Origin: Heterodontus francisci
Taxonomy: Eukaryota
NCBI RefSeq assembly: GCF_036365525.1
Contig: NC_090411.1
Location: forward strand, 21,405,259 to 21,469,258
Reading direction: 5' to 3'
Length of the DNA stretch: 64,000 bases
The translations under genes and the position numbers were made by a program. Shown piece after piece: positions 24,628 to 38,200 of this stretch (positions are counted from its first letter, which is position 1; the number at the start of each line of letters is the position of its first letter). The notes below the pieces were generated by a model that was not told where the DNA came from, did not search any database, and was given only the letters and a program-made list of their open reading frames with translations.

Positions 24628-24744
24628 AATCATCCAGTGGAAGAGACCCATTATGCCTCTGTGAATTTATCTCCAATAACAAATCCAAAACCAAGAGTGG
24701 CGTGTGAAATGGTGTATGCAGAGGTCAGGCAGGATGCCCTGTAA
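24628..24744 (+). CDS. VJ-type Ig receptor exon 5: tail with ITSM-like and ITIM-like motifs
   Basis: Acceptor tcttcttctctattcag, phase 0; NHPVEETHYASVNLSPITNPKPRVACEMVYAEVRQDAL*. Total CDS 747 nt in frame. Candidate AATAAA at about 25667. Confidence 0.87.
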   Translation, partial: NHPVEETHYASVNLSPITNPKPRVACEMVYAEVRQDAL

Positions 24745-25914
24745 AGAATGCTCATCACCAACCAGTACCAAACAGAATACAACGAAAGCATTTCACCAAC
24801 TTTACTCTGTTTTTCAAAGGTCTTAACATTGTCTTGGCGGAGGTTAAAATGATGCTGAGCAGGAGATGATTGACTGGCTAGGAAATGCTGAAGATCCCCT
24901 GATGGTAGGTGCAGTGCGCAGTGCAAGTTGGCTCATTCAGGCCAGCAAGGTTTCCAGCTTCAATCCCCAGCCTGTGCTGGTGGGGCTTGGGCTCTACAAG
25001 GACTGATCCTAATATTCCTGTTCTTGGGAGGGGAAAATCGGCGAACAGTTCCCACTCCTGATTGCTAGTGAGTCGTTTTCTGCTGGAAGCTGCATGCATG
25101 CTAATATCAATCATGGAATTAGACTTGGCTGGAACAGTCCCCAGCAGTCAAATTGCCTTTGAGAATCTGCTACTTAACCTCACGCATGCAATGCAGCCGT
25201 TTGGTTGAGGGCCTGCCTGGCAGTATCTGGTGCCCATCATGAGGTGGTGGGTTAGGTTTTCAACTTGCCACCTGGGCAGGGTTTTAGAGTGAGTGGCACA
25301 TCTGCAATGCTGGCTTCAACCCTGGGTGGCAAATTGAAAATCTACCCAGTCTCTTCACCCAGCAAGGGACAGCACCTTCAGTTACAGAGAAAATGAAAGA
25401 ATGCAGAAAAAAAAATGGTCAGAAAATGTAAAGAAACATGGTGATGTAGAAAGGTGAATGTTCCATTTTCATTTGGGAAGGATAATTTGAACAAGTTTGT
25501 AAAGTTAAATTACTGATGCAAACCCAGGAATTTTATATCTATATATATCTTTTTTTTTAAAGTTCAGAAATGTATTTTGGTTACTTATTCATGATTAGTT
25601 TCATATTATGGGATGTACAGCTGTGGAGTTTGATTAGAACTGTAGAGTAGATTGTGTCCTGAGTAAAATAAAACAAATCCCATTGATACTTTGGGTGTTA
25701 AGTACCTGTTCTTCAAGGTTATGGTGATGGGACGGAGAAATCAATGTTCAGATTCCAGCACTCTCAGGGGGACTGCTTCTTGCACATACTGAACAAATCA
25801 AGAAGGACACTGAACAATTATGCTAACTAAGATGCATCGCCTATTAATCAGTCCAACACAAGTCAAAGGTCAGCAGTGAATAAGTACCTTCTATTGACCA
25901 ATCCAGCAGCCATT

Positions 25915-26572
25915 GGACCTGGAGCTTCGCCTCAGTTTTTTTCGGTACAATTTGACTGAAATCAGCGAAACCAGCACAAAATATCGTGGATTTTCACATG
26001 TTTATTAGGTTCAGCGCAAATCGAGTTTCTTTGATTCAGTCAGCGTAAATCACCATTGGGAGTTTCCACAATTTGTGCTCGTTTGTTGGGCTTTGAAGAG
26101 GCTCTAAAAAATTTTAAGCTGGTTCTTTTGGGTGCAAGGACACCACTAGACATGTTTTAAAAGCTTTGAATATATACTTTTACTAAGGAACTGGCTACTG
26201 TACCCCAATATAATTAGCAAATGGTTCTGTGTATTTTTTAATAGGTATTGAAAAATGAGTTACTTGCAAGTAATGGATTGACACTGATTAAAATGCTTAT
26301 TTTTGCTGAGAAATCCATTTTTAGTTGCATTAAACTGCACCAAGTTAGCACTCTTTTATATATATCAAGGAATATTTTTAAAAAGCAATTTTTTTTTTCT
26401 GTACAAAAAATTACATTTTAAAACACCCAGTTGCATTGGCTCCTGGTTGATTTTGTGTTCGGTACGCAAATGAGTTTGAGCGAAAACTTGGAAAAACACT
26501 TCTCAACCCCAATGCAATTTTGGGCACAAATTGGACACATTACCGATCACATCCGAAGCAAAAACTCTATTC
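25915..26572. mobile_element. Probable non-autonomous DNA element
   Basis: Weak inverted ends (tggagcttcgc / gcaaaactcta); AT-rich interior. Confidence 0.35.
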
Positions 26573-28164
26573 CTTGTTTTGTTGTGGTCAATAAACATGG
26601 ACCTCCAGCTAACAAACTCAAAACATGCCTTTGGTTACTGAATGGTCCGCAAAAGCTTTTAAAAATCCTTTCCTCTCTGTCAAATTCTCTTGCTGGCATC
26701 CTACAGTACCATGTGACCCTTGACAGTGAGGGTTGTTGGGTAATTTGCCTTTACAGCTTAAATAAAGACAATCTTGTCCTCCTCTAATGTTCACCTGTGC
26801 ACTTAAGGTGACATTGGATAAGCAGGGATCCTCTCCGTAAGCCAGAGAGTACTGAGGCTGGTGGTAGACCTGCCCGCTGCCTCCCCCCTACCAAATCGAC
26901 AAACTGAACACAAAGAGACTGAACTGTGAACCTTTGTGTGTAAGAAGGCTTAACTACTCATTTGATAAATTCATTAAGCCATTGAGAGATCTGTGCATCC
27001 ATAACTTGGGATCTGGAATGCACTGCCTGAAAGTGTGGTGGAAGGAGACACCTTACGAAGAGCTGACACGTGCACAATGGGCCCAGTAGCCTCCTGTATG
27101 ACCTCCTAAATGAGGGGGTGGAATAATTAAATACATGCAAAAGTGACGTCAAGCTATTAAATAATGGACAGAAACTCTGCACAATAGCTCAGTTATTTAT
27201 TAGAAATTTAAAGTTCAACAGTAAACATGTTGCCGGTTAACTGGTAATGCAGTAAGATAGTTATTAATTCAGAAGTAACCACATTCATGACCTGAGCAAA
27301 CATATATTACTGGATGTGAAACTAAATTTAACCTCTAGATGGCATGTGGACCACAAGTCAAAACTGGACCACTACGCTAAGTACACTTTTTAAACATCAT
27401 TTTTAACCCTTCGAGTGCCAGCAGCTCCAAAAGAATTCCACACTCCCCTGGACCAAAGAGTTGAATTTCCTGTCTGCATGCCTGAGGAGAATGACTATAT
27501 GTACTTCTTCTTCCCCTGAACCATTTGTATGGCCTGTGGGAATCGTAGGTGCAGAACCATCCCTCAGTTGGTCATTGCACCTTAAAAGTATCTGCAGATC
27601 TCTCAAGCCCCAAGATCAGGGCCATTGTCATCTGGTGGAAATCAGCAGCCAGAACAGCATAGCTGTCTCAAAATATTCCAGGAGAGCGAGCCTCAAAATT
27701 AAACACGGAAACTTATCTGCCTGCCCTCGACCGACATTGGTTCCCAATCTGGCAACATCTCAATTTTAAAATTCTAATTCTTCTTTTCAAATCTCTATTT
27801 TGTCTTTTTATGATTTCCTATCCAAGTTACTCATCTAACATTCACGTTAGCTTATTGTTTCTTGAGTTTACTTATTAACATTAACTTTACCTTTCTTTTT
27901 CTCTACGCCCATGGAGCTGACCTTCACTCCCCAGCAGGGAATACAAGCTGAAGGCCAGGTTTACCAAAGGGAGAAGCCAAGCCTTCCACATGAAGTGGTC
28001 AGGCTAGAGTCAGCTGGCACAGTTATGGAATATGGACGGGTATATAATAGAGCTGACTCGGACGTTGGCAGGATTCTTTTGAAGTTTACATAATGGAACA
28101 TAGAAACAGGCCATTCAGCCCCTCGGGCCTGTTCCACCATTCAATTAGATCATGGCAGCTCTAT

Positions 28165-28931
28165 GGGCTGGAATTGATACTTCCGCCATCGTAATGGGCA
28201 GTGGATGAAAACAGTGGCGGTCCGTCCGCAGGGACCAGGCGGCGCGGAGCCACAGCAATATTCAGCGCGGCGGCTCATTTAAATAGCCGGGGAGGACCGA
28301 CCACCCAAGTGATGTGGTGGGAGGGGCGGGCTGTCCATCCCTTTGCACAGGCACTGATTTTTAAAGGGCTTCAAGCCCCACATTTCAATTTAAATATTTA
28401 AAGGGAGATTGATAGTAAAAATTTAAATAAATTGATCTTTCCGCTCTCCGACCCCTCCCCCAATAACCATAGATTTAATTACTTGCCCTCTTTTCCCCCC
28501 CCCCAAAATACTTGCCTTTTACATCTGACCTTCCCCCCCCCCCACCACGTGCATCAACTTTACACTTTACCCCTTCCCACCATCCCCTACACCAATGAGA
28601 TGACTGTGACTCCGCTCCACCCCCCCCTCACCCCATACTGAAAAACTTATCTGCTCCCCCCTCCCCACCAATGTTCTGCCTCGCACCAGAACAGATGACA
28701 GGAGCAAGAAGGTAATTTATTCCTTTATTTAAATTTAATTTACATATTTAAATTTGGCTCCCCTCGCCAAGTGGCGGGGGGGCCACCACGAGGCCTCGCT
28801 ACCACCGGCACTATCAGGCCTGGCCTTCCCGGCATCGAGGCCCGTGGCGGGCCTCTGCCAACGGTATTTTCCGTCTAGCCCACCCTGACCCCCGATGTTG
28901 GGGGGGGGGGGTGGTCTGTAAAATTCATCCC
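28165..28931. mobile_element. Non-autonomous Harbinger-type element
   Basis: TIRs gggctggaatt / aaaattcatccc, 3-bp TSD TAT (28162-28164, 28932-28934); splits a CR1 tail. Confidence 0.8.
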
Positions 28932-30109
28932 TATATCTTAACTCCACCACTCTTTTTGGCTTTGTAACCTTTAAATACCCTTGCCTAACAAAAATCTATC
29001 AATCTCAGCTTTGGATCTTTCAGTCTCTGTTTTGGGAGTGAATAGGAATCGATCGTATACTTTACAATTGTCCCAGTCTACCTTTGAGCATCCTAGGAAA
29101 CCTCCTTTCTGTGTTTTTAATGCCAATCTGGCATGGTGCAGCCAGGAGCTTTACACTATCAGGAATCTGGGATCCTCCTGGACGACTTGTAAACAATGGG
29201 TTTGCTTCACTGGAGTTTTACACAATGATGGTGAATAGAAAGCCCCTTGGTCTATTAGAATTGTGTGCAATGGAGTGAATTAGAATGGGTTCATCTATTG
29301 GAATTCTCTGCTGGACTTCAATATACTTCCATCTGGAGAAGATCATCAATGATAGTCATTGGTTCAAATTAGCAGCAATGAAGATTGAATATCAAATGTA
29401 GTTCACAGCCTCCGTTCCCTCTAAACGGTTCGGTATTTGCCATCAATTTACAGGATTCCCAATTGTCCATTAATTACAGGCACCGTTTGCGATGACTCAG
29501 GTATCATCAGCAAGTCCTCAGAAACCAGCCTTTCCAGAAGCACAAAATAGGCTCCCAAAAGTATGGAAAATAAAGCTCACCGCCCAGCAACATCCGTTCA
29601 TTGGGAAATTGCTGTGTTGATACAAGTCTTCAGTGACATTAGTATTGTTCACAAGCCCACTTTTTCCCACCTTGCTCCCACCAAGTACAACAACGTTCAA
29701 CATTTTCAGGTTGGTTGTCTATCTGACACCATCAAATGTGAACAACTCCAGTCAAATACATGAAACTTAAGTCTCCAAGTTCAAAGCACATTACAACACG
29801 TCTACAGTGATCATTCAGAGCATACATATGCAGTCATCAAATTAAAAGCCTGCTACGTGATTAGTTTTGAACTGAGTTAGTGGATCTTAGTCGGGAGTCC
29901 AGCTGGGACATTACAACCGACCTCAGTGTACCTCTGCTAGGGACAGAATCAATTAGGTCTCTGTCTGCGGACACTGGGCGAGAAGATTATTGTCTTAGCT
30001 ATCATGCCCACAACAATTGAATAGTCAGCCCAAAACTCATTGTCTAGCCACACATCAAACTTGGGCTACTTAGGTGAGATCTGATGGCAGTCAAGGAACA
30101 TAGGAGCAT

Positions 30110-30970
30110 GTATACTGACAACATTCAGCTCTGCCTCAGCACCAACTCTCCCCACTCCTCCACTGTCTCTACACTGTCAGGCTATTTGTGCTGGATGAGC
30201 AGAAATTTCCTAAACTATATAGTGGGAATACCGAAGCCATTGTCTTTGATTCACATCACAAACTCCATCCCCTTGCCACTGACCCCATTCCTCTCCCTGT
30301 CAACGGTCTGAGGCTGAACCAGACTGTTCACAACCTTGGTGTTATATCTGACCCTGAGATGAGCTTCCGACCACATATCCACGCAATCACTAGGACCACC
30401 TATTTCCACCACCGGAGCACCACCCTACTCTGCCCCTGCCTTAGCTCATCTGCTGCTGAAACCCTCACTCATGCCTTTTTTACCTCTAGACTTGACTATT
30501 CCAACACACTCCTGACTGGCCTTCCTCATTCTACCCCTCATAAACTTTGATGAGGTCATCCAAAACTCTGCTGCCTGTGTCCTTACTTGCACCAAGTCCC
30601 GTTCACCAATCACCCCTGTGCTTGCTGACCTACACTAGTTCCCAGTGAAGTAACGCCTCGATTTTAAAATTCTCATCCTCACCCTTCCTACATCTGTAAT
30701 CTCCTCCAGCCCCACAATCCTCCATGATATCTAATTCTGGCTTCTTGAGCATCACAGATTTTAATCACTCCACCATTGGTGGCTGTGCCTTCAGTGGCCA
30801 AGGCCCTAAGCTCTGAAATGCCCTCCCTAAACCCCTCTGCCTCTCTACGTCTCGTTCCTTCTTTAAGCCACTCCTTAAAACTCTTTTATCAAATTTTTGG
30901 TCACCTGCTTCAGGGACTTAGGACATTTTATTACATTAAAGGTGCTATATAAATGCACGTTGTTGTTATA
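30110..30970 (+). mobile_element. L2 LINE RT C-terminus and tail
   Basis: TEAIVF..NLGVISDPEMSF..AETLTHAFFTSRLDYSN. Confidence 0.9.
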
Positions 30971-30974
30971 GACG

Positions 30975-31660
30975 ATTCAGCCCCTTAAGCCTGTTCTGCT
31001 ATTCAGTTAAATCATGACTGATTTGTATCTTAACTCCATTTATTTGCCTTAGTTCCGTAACCCTTAATACCCTTGCCTAACAAAAATCTATCAATCTCAA
31101 TTTTTAAGTTTTCAATTGTCCCGACAGTCTCAACAACTTTTTTTGGGGACAGAGTTCCAGATTTCCACTAGCCTTTGTGTGAAGAAGTGTTTCCTGACAT
31201 CACCCCTGAATGGTCTAGCTCTAATTTTAAGGTTCTGGATTTCCCCCACAAGAGGAAATTGTCTCTCTGTCTACCTTATCAATTCCTTTCATTATCTTAA
31301 ACATCTCAACAATCAAAGGAATGAAAGCCTAATCTACACATCCTATCCTCATAATTTAACCCCTTTCACCCCCGTGTCATTCTGCACCCTCTCCAAAGCT
31401 AATATATCCTCCCTGAGGTGTAGTGCCCAAAACTGAAGGCACTACTCTAAATGGAAACTAACCAGAGCTTTATATAACTGTAACATAACTTCCACCCTTC
31501 TGTATTCCATCCCCCTTGAGCTAAAAGCTCATGCCATGAGCCTTTTTAATTCTTGTGCCTGTCGACTAGTTTTTTTTTTTAGCATTTTCTGTACATGGAA
31601 CCCTAAATCTCTCTGCTCCACCACAGTTCCCAGATTCTCACCATTTAGAAAATACTCTGG
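30975..31660 (-). mobile_element. CR1 3' fragment
   Basis: Similar to the other CR1 tails in the window. Confidence 0.75.
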
Positions 31661-32099
31661 TATGGTACCCTTGTCACAGCCGAAGGTTTCAAGTTTGAAG
31701 AGGAGAAAATGGAAAAGAAAATTATGTTACACAATTCACAGCAAAGTTTCATTTACAGGCATGGAGCTTAGAGCATTTTATACCACTTACTGTCATCATT
31801 GACAGTCAGTCACTGAAGGCAATCAAATGAGACATATATCAAATAATTCAAAGACACGTTCACAGCATATTGTAGCATTTGCACTCATTGCCCACAGCAT
31901 ATTCCCTCCTGCTTCATTCTCCTTTATGTTGTTGGCTTCTAATCCTTTCGTTAACAGTTGAGTTTCAGCGTGACCTTGGCCATCCTGAATGTGGCTTCTG
32001 TTCCCTAGAGTGAGCAAACATATAAATTGACCAGAAGCACAGACCGATCCCAGGTCACACTGACAATCCAGCAGAGAAGATCTGAACGTAAAAAATAGT

Positions 32100-32700
32100 A
32101 ACAGAAGTAAGCCAAACAGCGCTTTGTGTCTGCTCTGCCATTTAATAAGACCATGGCTGAATTTTTATATCAACTCCACTTTCCTGCCCCATCTCCATAT
32201 CCTTTGATTACCATTGTACCCTAAAATCTATCGATTTCAGACATGTATATACTCATTAACTCAGCATACACAACCCTCTGAGTGAAGAAATTTCTCCCCA
32301 TTTCAGTCCTAAATGGCCAACCCTTTGTCCTGAGATTATGACCCCTACTTCTAGTCTCTCCAGTCAATGGAAACCACCTCTCAGCATCTACCCTGTCAAA
32401 CCCTCTAAGAATTTTGTACATTTCAATGAGATTACCTCTCATTCTTCTAAATTCCAGAGAATATAGACCCGTTCTACTCAATCTCTCCTCATAGGTCAGC
32501 CTGCTTATCCCAGGAATCAATCTAGTGAACCTTTGTTGCACCACCTTTAAGCCAAGTACATCCTCAGGTAAGGAGACCAAAATTGTACACAGTACTCCAG
32601 GTGTGATCTCACCAAAGCCCTATATGAATGTAGCAAGACTACCTTAGTCTTAAACTCCAACCCCCTTGCAATAAAGCCATTTGTCTTCCTAATTGCCTGT
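32100..32700 (-). mobile_element. CR1 3' fragment
   Basis: QQRFTRLIPG..YSLEFRRMRGNLIE..FFTQRVV. Confidence 0.85.
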
Positions 32701-34775
32701 TAACTTCCTTAAGTCGAGTCCAATTTTCAGCAAACAGGCCCAACTGTTACTGGGAAGAGTTGCAATCTCTCTTATCATTTACCTAACCCAATTAAATGTA
32801 ATTCATTTTTAAGAAAAAGAAAGCTTGGTAAACCTTTTTAAAGGCCAGGCAATGAGACAGAGAGAAGCTGTGCATAATTTTTGCCAACTTCTGGTTGTAA
32901 GACTGGTGGTAGGCAGACTTCAAATGTTGGCTCCTAGTTACACTGAGGATGCAAAGATGGCACCTTTTCTACCTGGGGCACTGCTGCTTTGAACTGCATG
33001 GATGCTCCATTGCTGCTGCCACCCCAGACATCATCTCATCACGGTTCGCTGCTGCCCCAGTTTCTGCTCTTCTATTTCTTAGCAGAGGGTCAAGATGCCA
33101 GAGTAAAATATGATGTACAACAGCTACTAACAGAAACACTGCACATCCTTGGCAGGACAGACATGCACCAGAAGCACAACACAAAGGTGCAGCAGACAGC
33201 GACAATGCCAGACCACAGACATCATTCACCGGCTGAATGAACCAACAGTGTTCTGACCTGGTTTTACCCATGACTTCCACAGATCAATCAGAGATTGCCA
33301 AACACTGGGCAGCCTCAGATCACCCACTGCCCACATCCATCAGCCACAACCAGGATTGTATTATTCATTCAACCTCACTCCTCTCATCCAGAAATTGGGC
33401 TCTGAGCTCTGTCAAACCATCTTTAAACCACTAAACAAGCCAGGACAGATCACCAATCGATCGGACCCAGACTCTCACTTCAGGCTGCTGGTTCCTAACA
33501 CTTCATGCTCTTGCTTTGCCATATTTAGTTTAGTTTTTATATGTGTATCTATAGCCAGTGTTGCTGTATTAACTTGTACATACATACTGGCTGCTGCCTT
33601 GGGTCTGAGCTCCTCTACACCTCCCAGACCTCCCTGCTTTCATAGGGTCATTTACAGCACAGAAGGAGGCCATTTGGCCTATCAGGTTCATGCTGGCTCT
33701 CCATGGAGCAATCGAGCCAGTCCCCCTCCCCCACTTGATCCCCGTAGCCCTGCAAGTTTATTTCCTTCAAGTGGCCATCCAATTTTCTTTGCCACCCATA
33801 GTTTTGCTCACCCCTAATCTTCTGCCCAAATTCACTGAAGTCAATATCTTTGTCCTTGACTACAAATCCCTGCTGTGGCCTCACCCCACTCTGACTCTAC
33901 AACTTCCTCCAGCTTTACATTCCAACTTTTGGTTCAGCAACTCAGGCCCCCTGTGCATCCTTCTCCATCTACCCTTCCATCGGCAGAAGAACCTTCAGCC
34001 ACCTTGATCTAATTCTCTGGAATTCCCCCCTGAACCCCTGCATCTTGCTACTTCTCTTAAAAGCCTCCTCAAAACCCGTTTTTTGGAACCTTGGTTTCTG
34101 CCATTCCTTCTAACTCTCCTACTCCAATGTGAAGCACACTTTGATGTTTATTGAAGGTGCTTTAGAAATGCAAGTTCTTGTTGAGATAGTTTTCTACTGA
34201 TACATGTATTGAAAACAAAACAAATAGGTGCACACCTTTTCACGAAGTACTTTAAGAAAACATTTTGACCTGAAAATCTCACTTTTTTTCCCTTTACAAT
34301 CTGTTGTCTTCAATCCTAACTGAAACTATATTAGTGGCATCCAGGAGCAAGCTTTCGGCCTAGTGGTGGTACCCACCTCGAAGACAGAAGGTGCAGGGTT
34401 CAGACCCCACACCAGACAGACCTGGCTCTAAATTCTGGGTTGACATCTCGCAAGATACTTGAGTCCAGCGGGTCTCGGTGGCGTACACAGACCCCTCACT
34501 ATATGGTTTGTGCGAGCCCACAAACGTTTCCCACTGTATAGGATTAGCCACCCTATATCCTGGTATAAAGACGGTTACAGTCATGGAAGGAGTGTTCACA
34601 TCAAGGCTTGTCAAACTGTTAATCAGTTTGAGAATCTTTCCACCAATTCACACTGCTCTCCAAGGAAAGCTCATGAAGTTATAAAAACAGCATCAACGGC
34701 ACCCAGACAGTACCTAAAGAATTGGAGAGTGCAGCAGTGTGGCGTTGACTTAGTACACGTGGAAAGGACATACCC

Positions 34776-34777
<2 letters not shown>

Positions 34778-34806
<29 letters not shown>
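34778..34806. repeat. (TA)n microsatellite
   Basis: Read directly. Confidence 0.95.
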
Positions 34807-34810
<4 letters not shown>

Positions 34811-35203
34811 ATATAACATACAATATGATCAAAAGTCATCCTGTGTGTATAGGTTGATAACAGATCATCAGTAAACGTTTTTCTAATATAGTTAAACTCA
34901 GTGGATAATGATCAGTAAGAGAAAGCTTGGAAGATTATTTCCCTTCTTTAATCTGAGACTAATTGTAGCTCAACCACTATCACCCAAGGCTAAAATTAGA
35001 CTAATTCAGGGATCCAACCTTACTGATCTGTATGATTTAGCAATGCAGATTCCCTTCAAAATGAGAGCCTTTTTCAGGGAGATATTCGGTATTGAGTTCG
35101 TCCCCCAGTTCAACGTTGTATAGTGTTTATAAACCAACATTTACATTTCAAAAGAAAAACCATCAATAACAGATTGACCTAAGAACAGGAACACTTACCG
35201 GGC

Positions 35204-35265
35204 TCAAACTACAGGATCTGTGAGTTTCAATGAAGCCAGCTCAAACTGCTGTGCAGCCACATCAC
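35204..35265 (-). CDS. B7/ICOSL-like cytoplasmic exon
   Basis: Acceptor ctcttagcag; GDVAAQQFELASLKLTDPVV*; donor gtaagt 5 nt after the stop. Confidence 0.7.
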
Positions 35266-38200
35266 CTGCTAAGAGGTTTGGAGTACAAATTATTTCTTAT
35301 CTTGCAGTGAACATTTGAAGAAGGTTTCACTGGCATTTCTCAAGCGCAGAGAAGAGGACCAGCTAGGTCAGATCTCCCCCCCCATTTAGCTGCCCTGGGA
35401 TTTCCTGGGGCTTTCCCAAGGAGCGTAACTGGGCCTTGCACTTGCAGCAATGCTGGCGCGACTATAAGGCAGGACGGAAGGGTTCCCAGCCTTCCACCCC
35501 ATTTTCCAATATGTCCCCTTCCTTTAAAGGCCTGCTCGGGTCTGCAAATAAAACCCGACCCAAGCCCAACCCGGCCTGAGTCCTTCCATTTTTTCCCCGT
35601 GTCCGACCCGACATGACCATCAGTTAACAAACCTTCTGTTTTTCATTTTGTTGCTGATCTGCACAAGCTTAAAATAACTATAACAAAACCACCTTTCTAG
35701 TCAAAAAATTACATTAACATCGGAGCTACTTAGCTGTGATGTAGCGTGTCCGACCCAACCCGACACGAACCCGAATGCCGGACCTGGAAGTGCAACCCGA
35801 CCAGACCCGAACCCGACACATGTCGTCGGGTCCCGTCGGGTTCGGGTCGGGTAGCAGGCCTTTACTTTCCTGGGTCCCCCTCAGCAGATGGGAACCTATG
35901 AAAATCTGGGGCAAGGGCCTAGCCTCGGACACTGGGGTCAGCTGGGGTCACTGCAGCAGGTTGAAGACATAAAAGTACTGAAAACATTTTATTTAATGCC
36001 AACAAGATAATTCTCAATACTTGGGGCCATTTTGCTGCTCTTCTCCAGCAGCAGCTGTTAGGCCTCAGTCTTAACAGCCAGGAGCACAGTTGAAATTGTG
36101 AGAGGCACGTAGCTGCACTCATACATTACATAGAATTTATACCACAGAAACAGGCCATTCGGCCCGACTATGTCAGTGTTTGTAAAACCACAGAATGATA
36201 CAGCACAGAAGGAGAACTTTTTTTTATTTTGTCATGGGATGTGGGCATCGCTGGCAAGGCCAGCATTTGTTGCCCATCCCTAATTACCCTTGACAACTTG
36301 CTAGGCCATTTCAGAGGGCAGTTAAGAGTCAACCACATTGCTGTGGGTCTGGAGTCACATGTAGGCCAGACCAGGTAAGGAGAGCAGATTTCCTTCCCTA
36401 CAGGACATTAGTGAACCCAATGGGTTTCTAAATAATCCCACTCCCCTGCTCTTTCCCCATAGCACTGCACAGTTTTTCTCTTCTTGTATTTATCTAATTC
36501 CCCTTTGAAAGTTACTATTTAAACTGCTTCCACTGCCCTTTCAGGCAGTGCTTTCCAGGCCACAACAACTTGCTGTGTGTAAAAAAAAATTCTTCTTGTC
36601 ACCTCTGGTTCTTTTGCCAATCACCTTAAATCTGTGTCCTCAGCCACTGGAAATCATTTCTCTTTATTTATCTCCTTAAACTCATGGGATTAAAGGGTCA
36701 GAAAGCAGAGAGTGCTGTTGAACATTGACTTTTTAGTCTAGAGAGAGGTATACAATGGTGTTCCACAGGGGTCAGTAATAGGACCATTACTCTTTCTGAT
36801 ATAAATGACCTTGGGTATGCAGGACCTTATTTCAAAGTCTGCAGCTGTTTCCCAAATGCTCCCACACTGAAACAAGGTCCACTTGCCCTACTTCATTCCC
36901 AGGACTAGATTCAGCACTCCTTCCTTCCTCATTGAGCTGGAAGCACACTGATCAAGAAAGTTCTTGTATACATTTCAGGAATTCTTTCCCTTCTTTGCCC
37001 TTTACACTGTTACTATCCCAGTCTATATTAGGATAATTGAAGACCTCACTATCACTACTGTAGAGTTCTTGCGTCCTTCTGTAATTTACCTGTACATTTG
37101 TTCCTCTATTTCCTTCCCATTATTCGGTCACCTATACATCCAGAATTGTAATAGTTCCTTTTTGTTCTTTAATCCTAATCCAATAGATTCTATCTTTAAA
37201 CCCTCACTACATCATCTCTTTACAATGCTATATTAGCTTCTTGAACAATACTGCCACTCCCTTCTTTTTTTTCCTTCCTTTGCCCCCTCCCGCTCTATTT
37301 ACTTCATCTTATCCTATCACAATATCCTCCTATTCCTTTCTCCCTTGTGGTGTTTACCTAACTTCCCCTTAAATGCATCTATATTATTTGCCTCAATTAC
37401 TCCATCTGATAGCAAATTCCACATTCCAGCCACTCTCTGGGTAAAGAGGTTTCTCCTGAATTGCTTATTTGATTTATTTATGACTATCCTATACTTATGG
37501 CCCCTGGTTTTGGACCTCCCCACAAGTAGAAACATGCTTGGATGAATGCAAATGAAATTGAGCTTTGCAAATTAAGAAGATCTGAGGAGGTGGTTAATCT
37601 CTTCCTGGACAGCATTTTAGGCAATTGAATCAGCCTCAGTGCTTCTTTGCTTGAGCAGGAAAAGATCAGCCAGAGCTGTGAGAAGAGAGGTGGAATCAGA
37701 ACAGTGAGAGGAGATGCTGAAGAGGACAAGCGAGAGCAGAATGAGAATGGGACAAGTGAGGAGTTGAAGAAGGTGACATGTGGGAACAAGGAGAAGGAGG
37801 ACCATGAAAAGAGAGTGAGTATGGGGCAGTGAGAGTAGAGGTACAATGGGACATATGTGCATAGTTGTATGGTTTGAACTCTTAGAGGAGAGGTGGACTA
37901 GGAATGGAAAGAATTGGAGATGTGTTCACACTAGCGTGGATAAAGAGGATGGGACATGTGGAAACAGACCAGTGTTTCCTGAAAGCTGCATGTGTATACC
38001 ACCACACAGAAACCTGGAATAGATATCAATGGGCGGCACAGTGGCGCAGTGGTTAGCACCGCAGCCTCACAGCTCCAGCGACCCGGGTTCAATTCCGGGT
38101 ACTGCCTGTGTGGAGTTTGCAAATTCTCCCTGTGTCTGTGTGGGTTTCCTCCGGGTGCTCCGGTTTCCTCCCACATGCCAAAGACTTGCAGGTTGATAGG

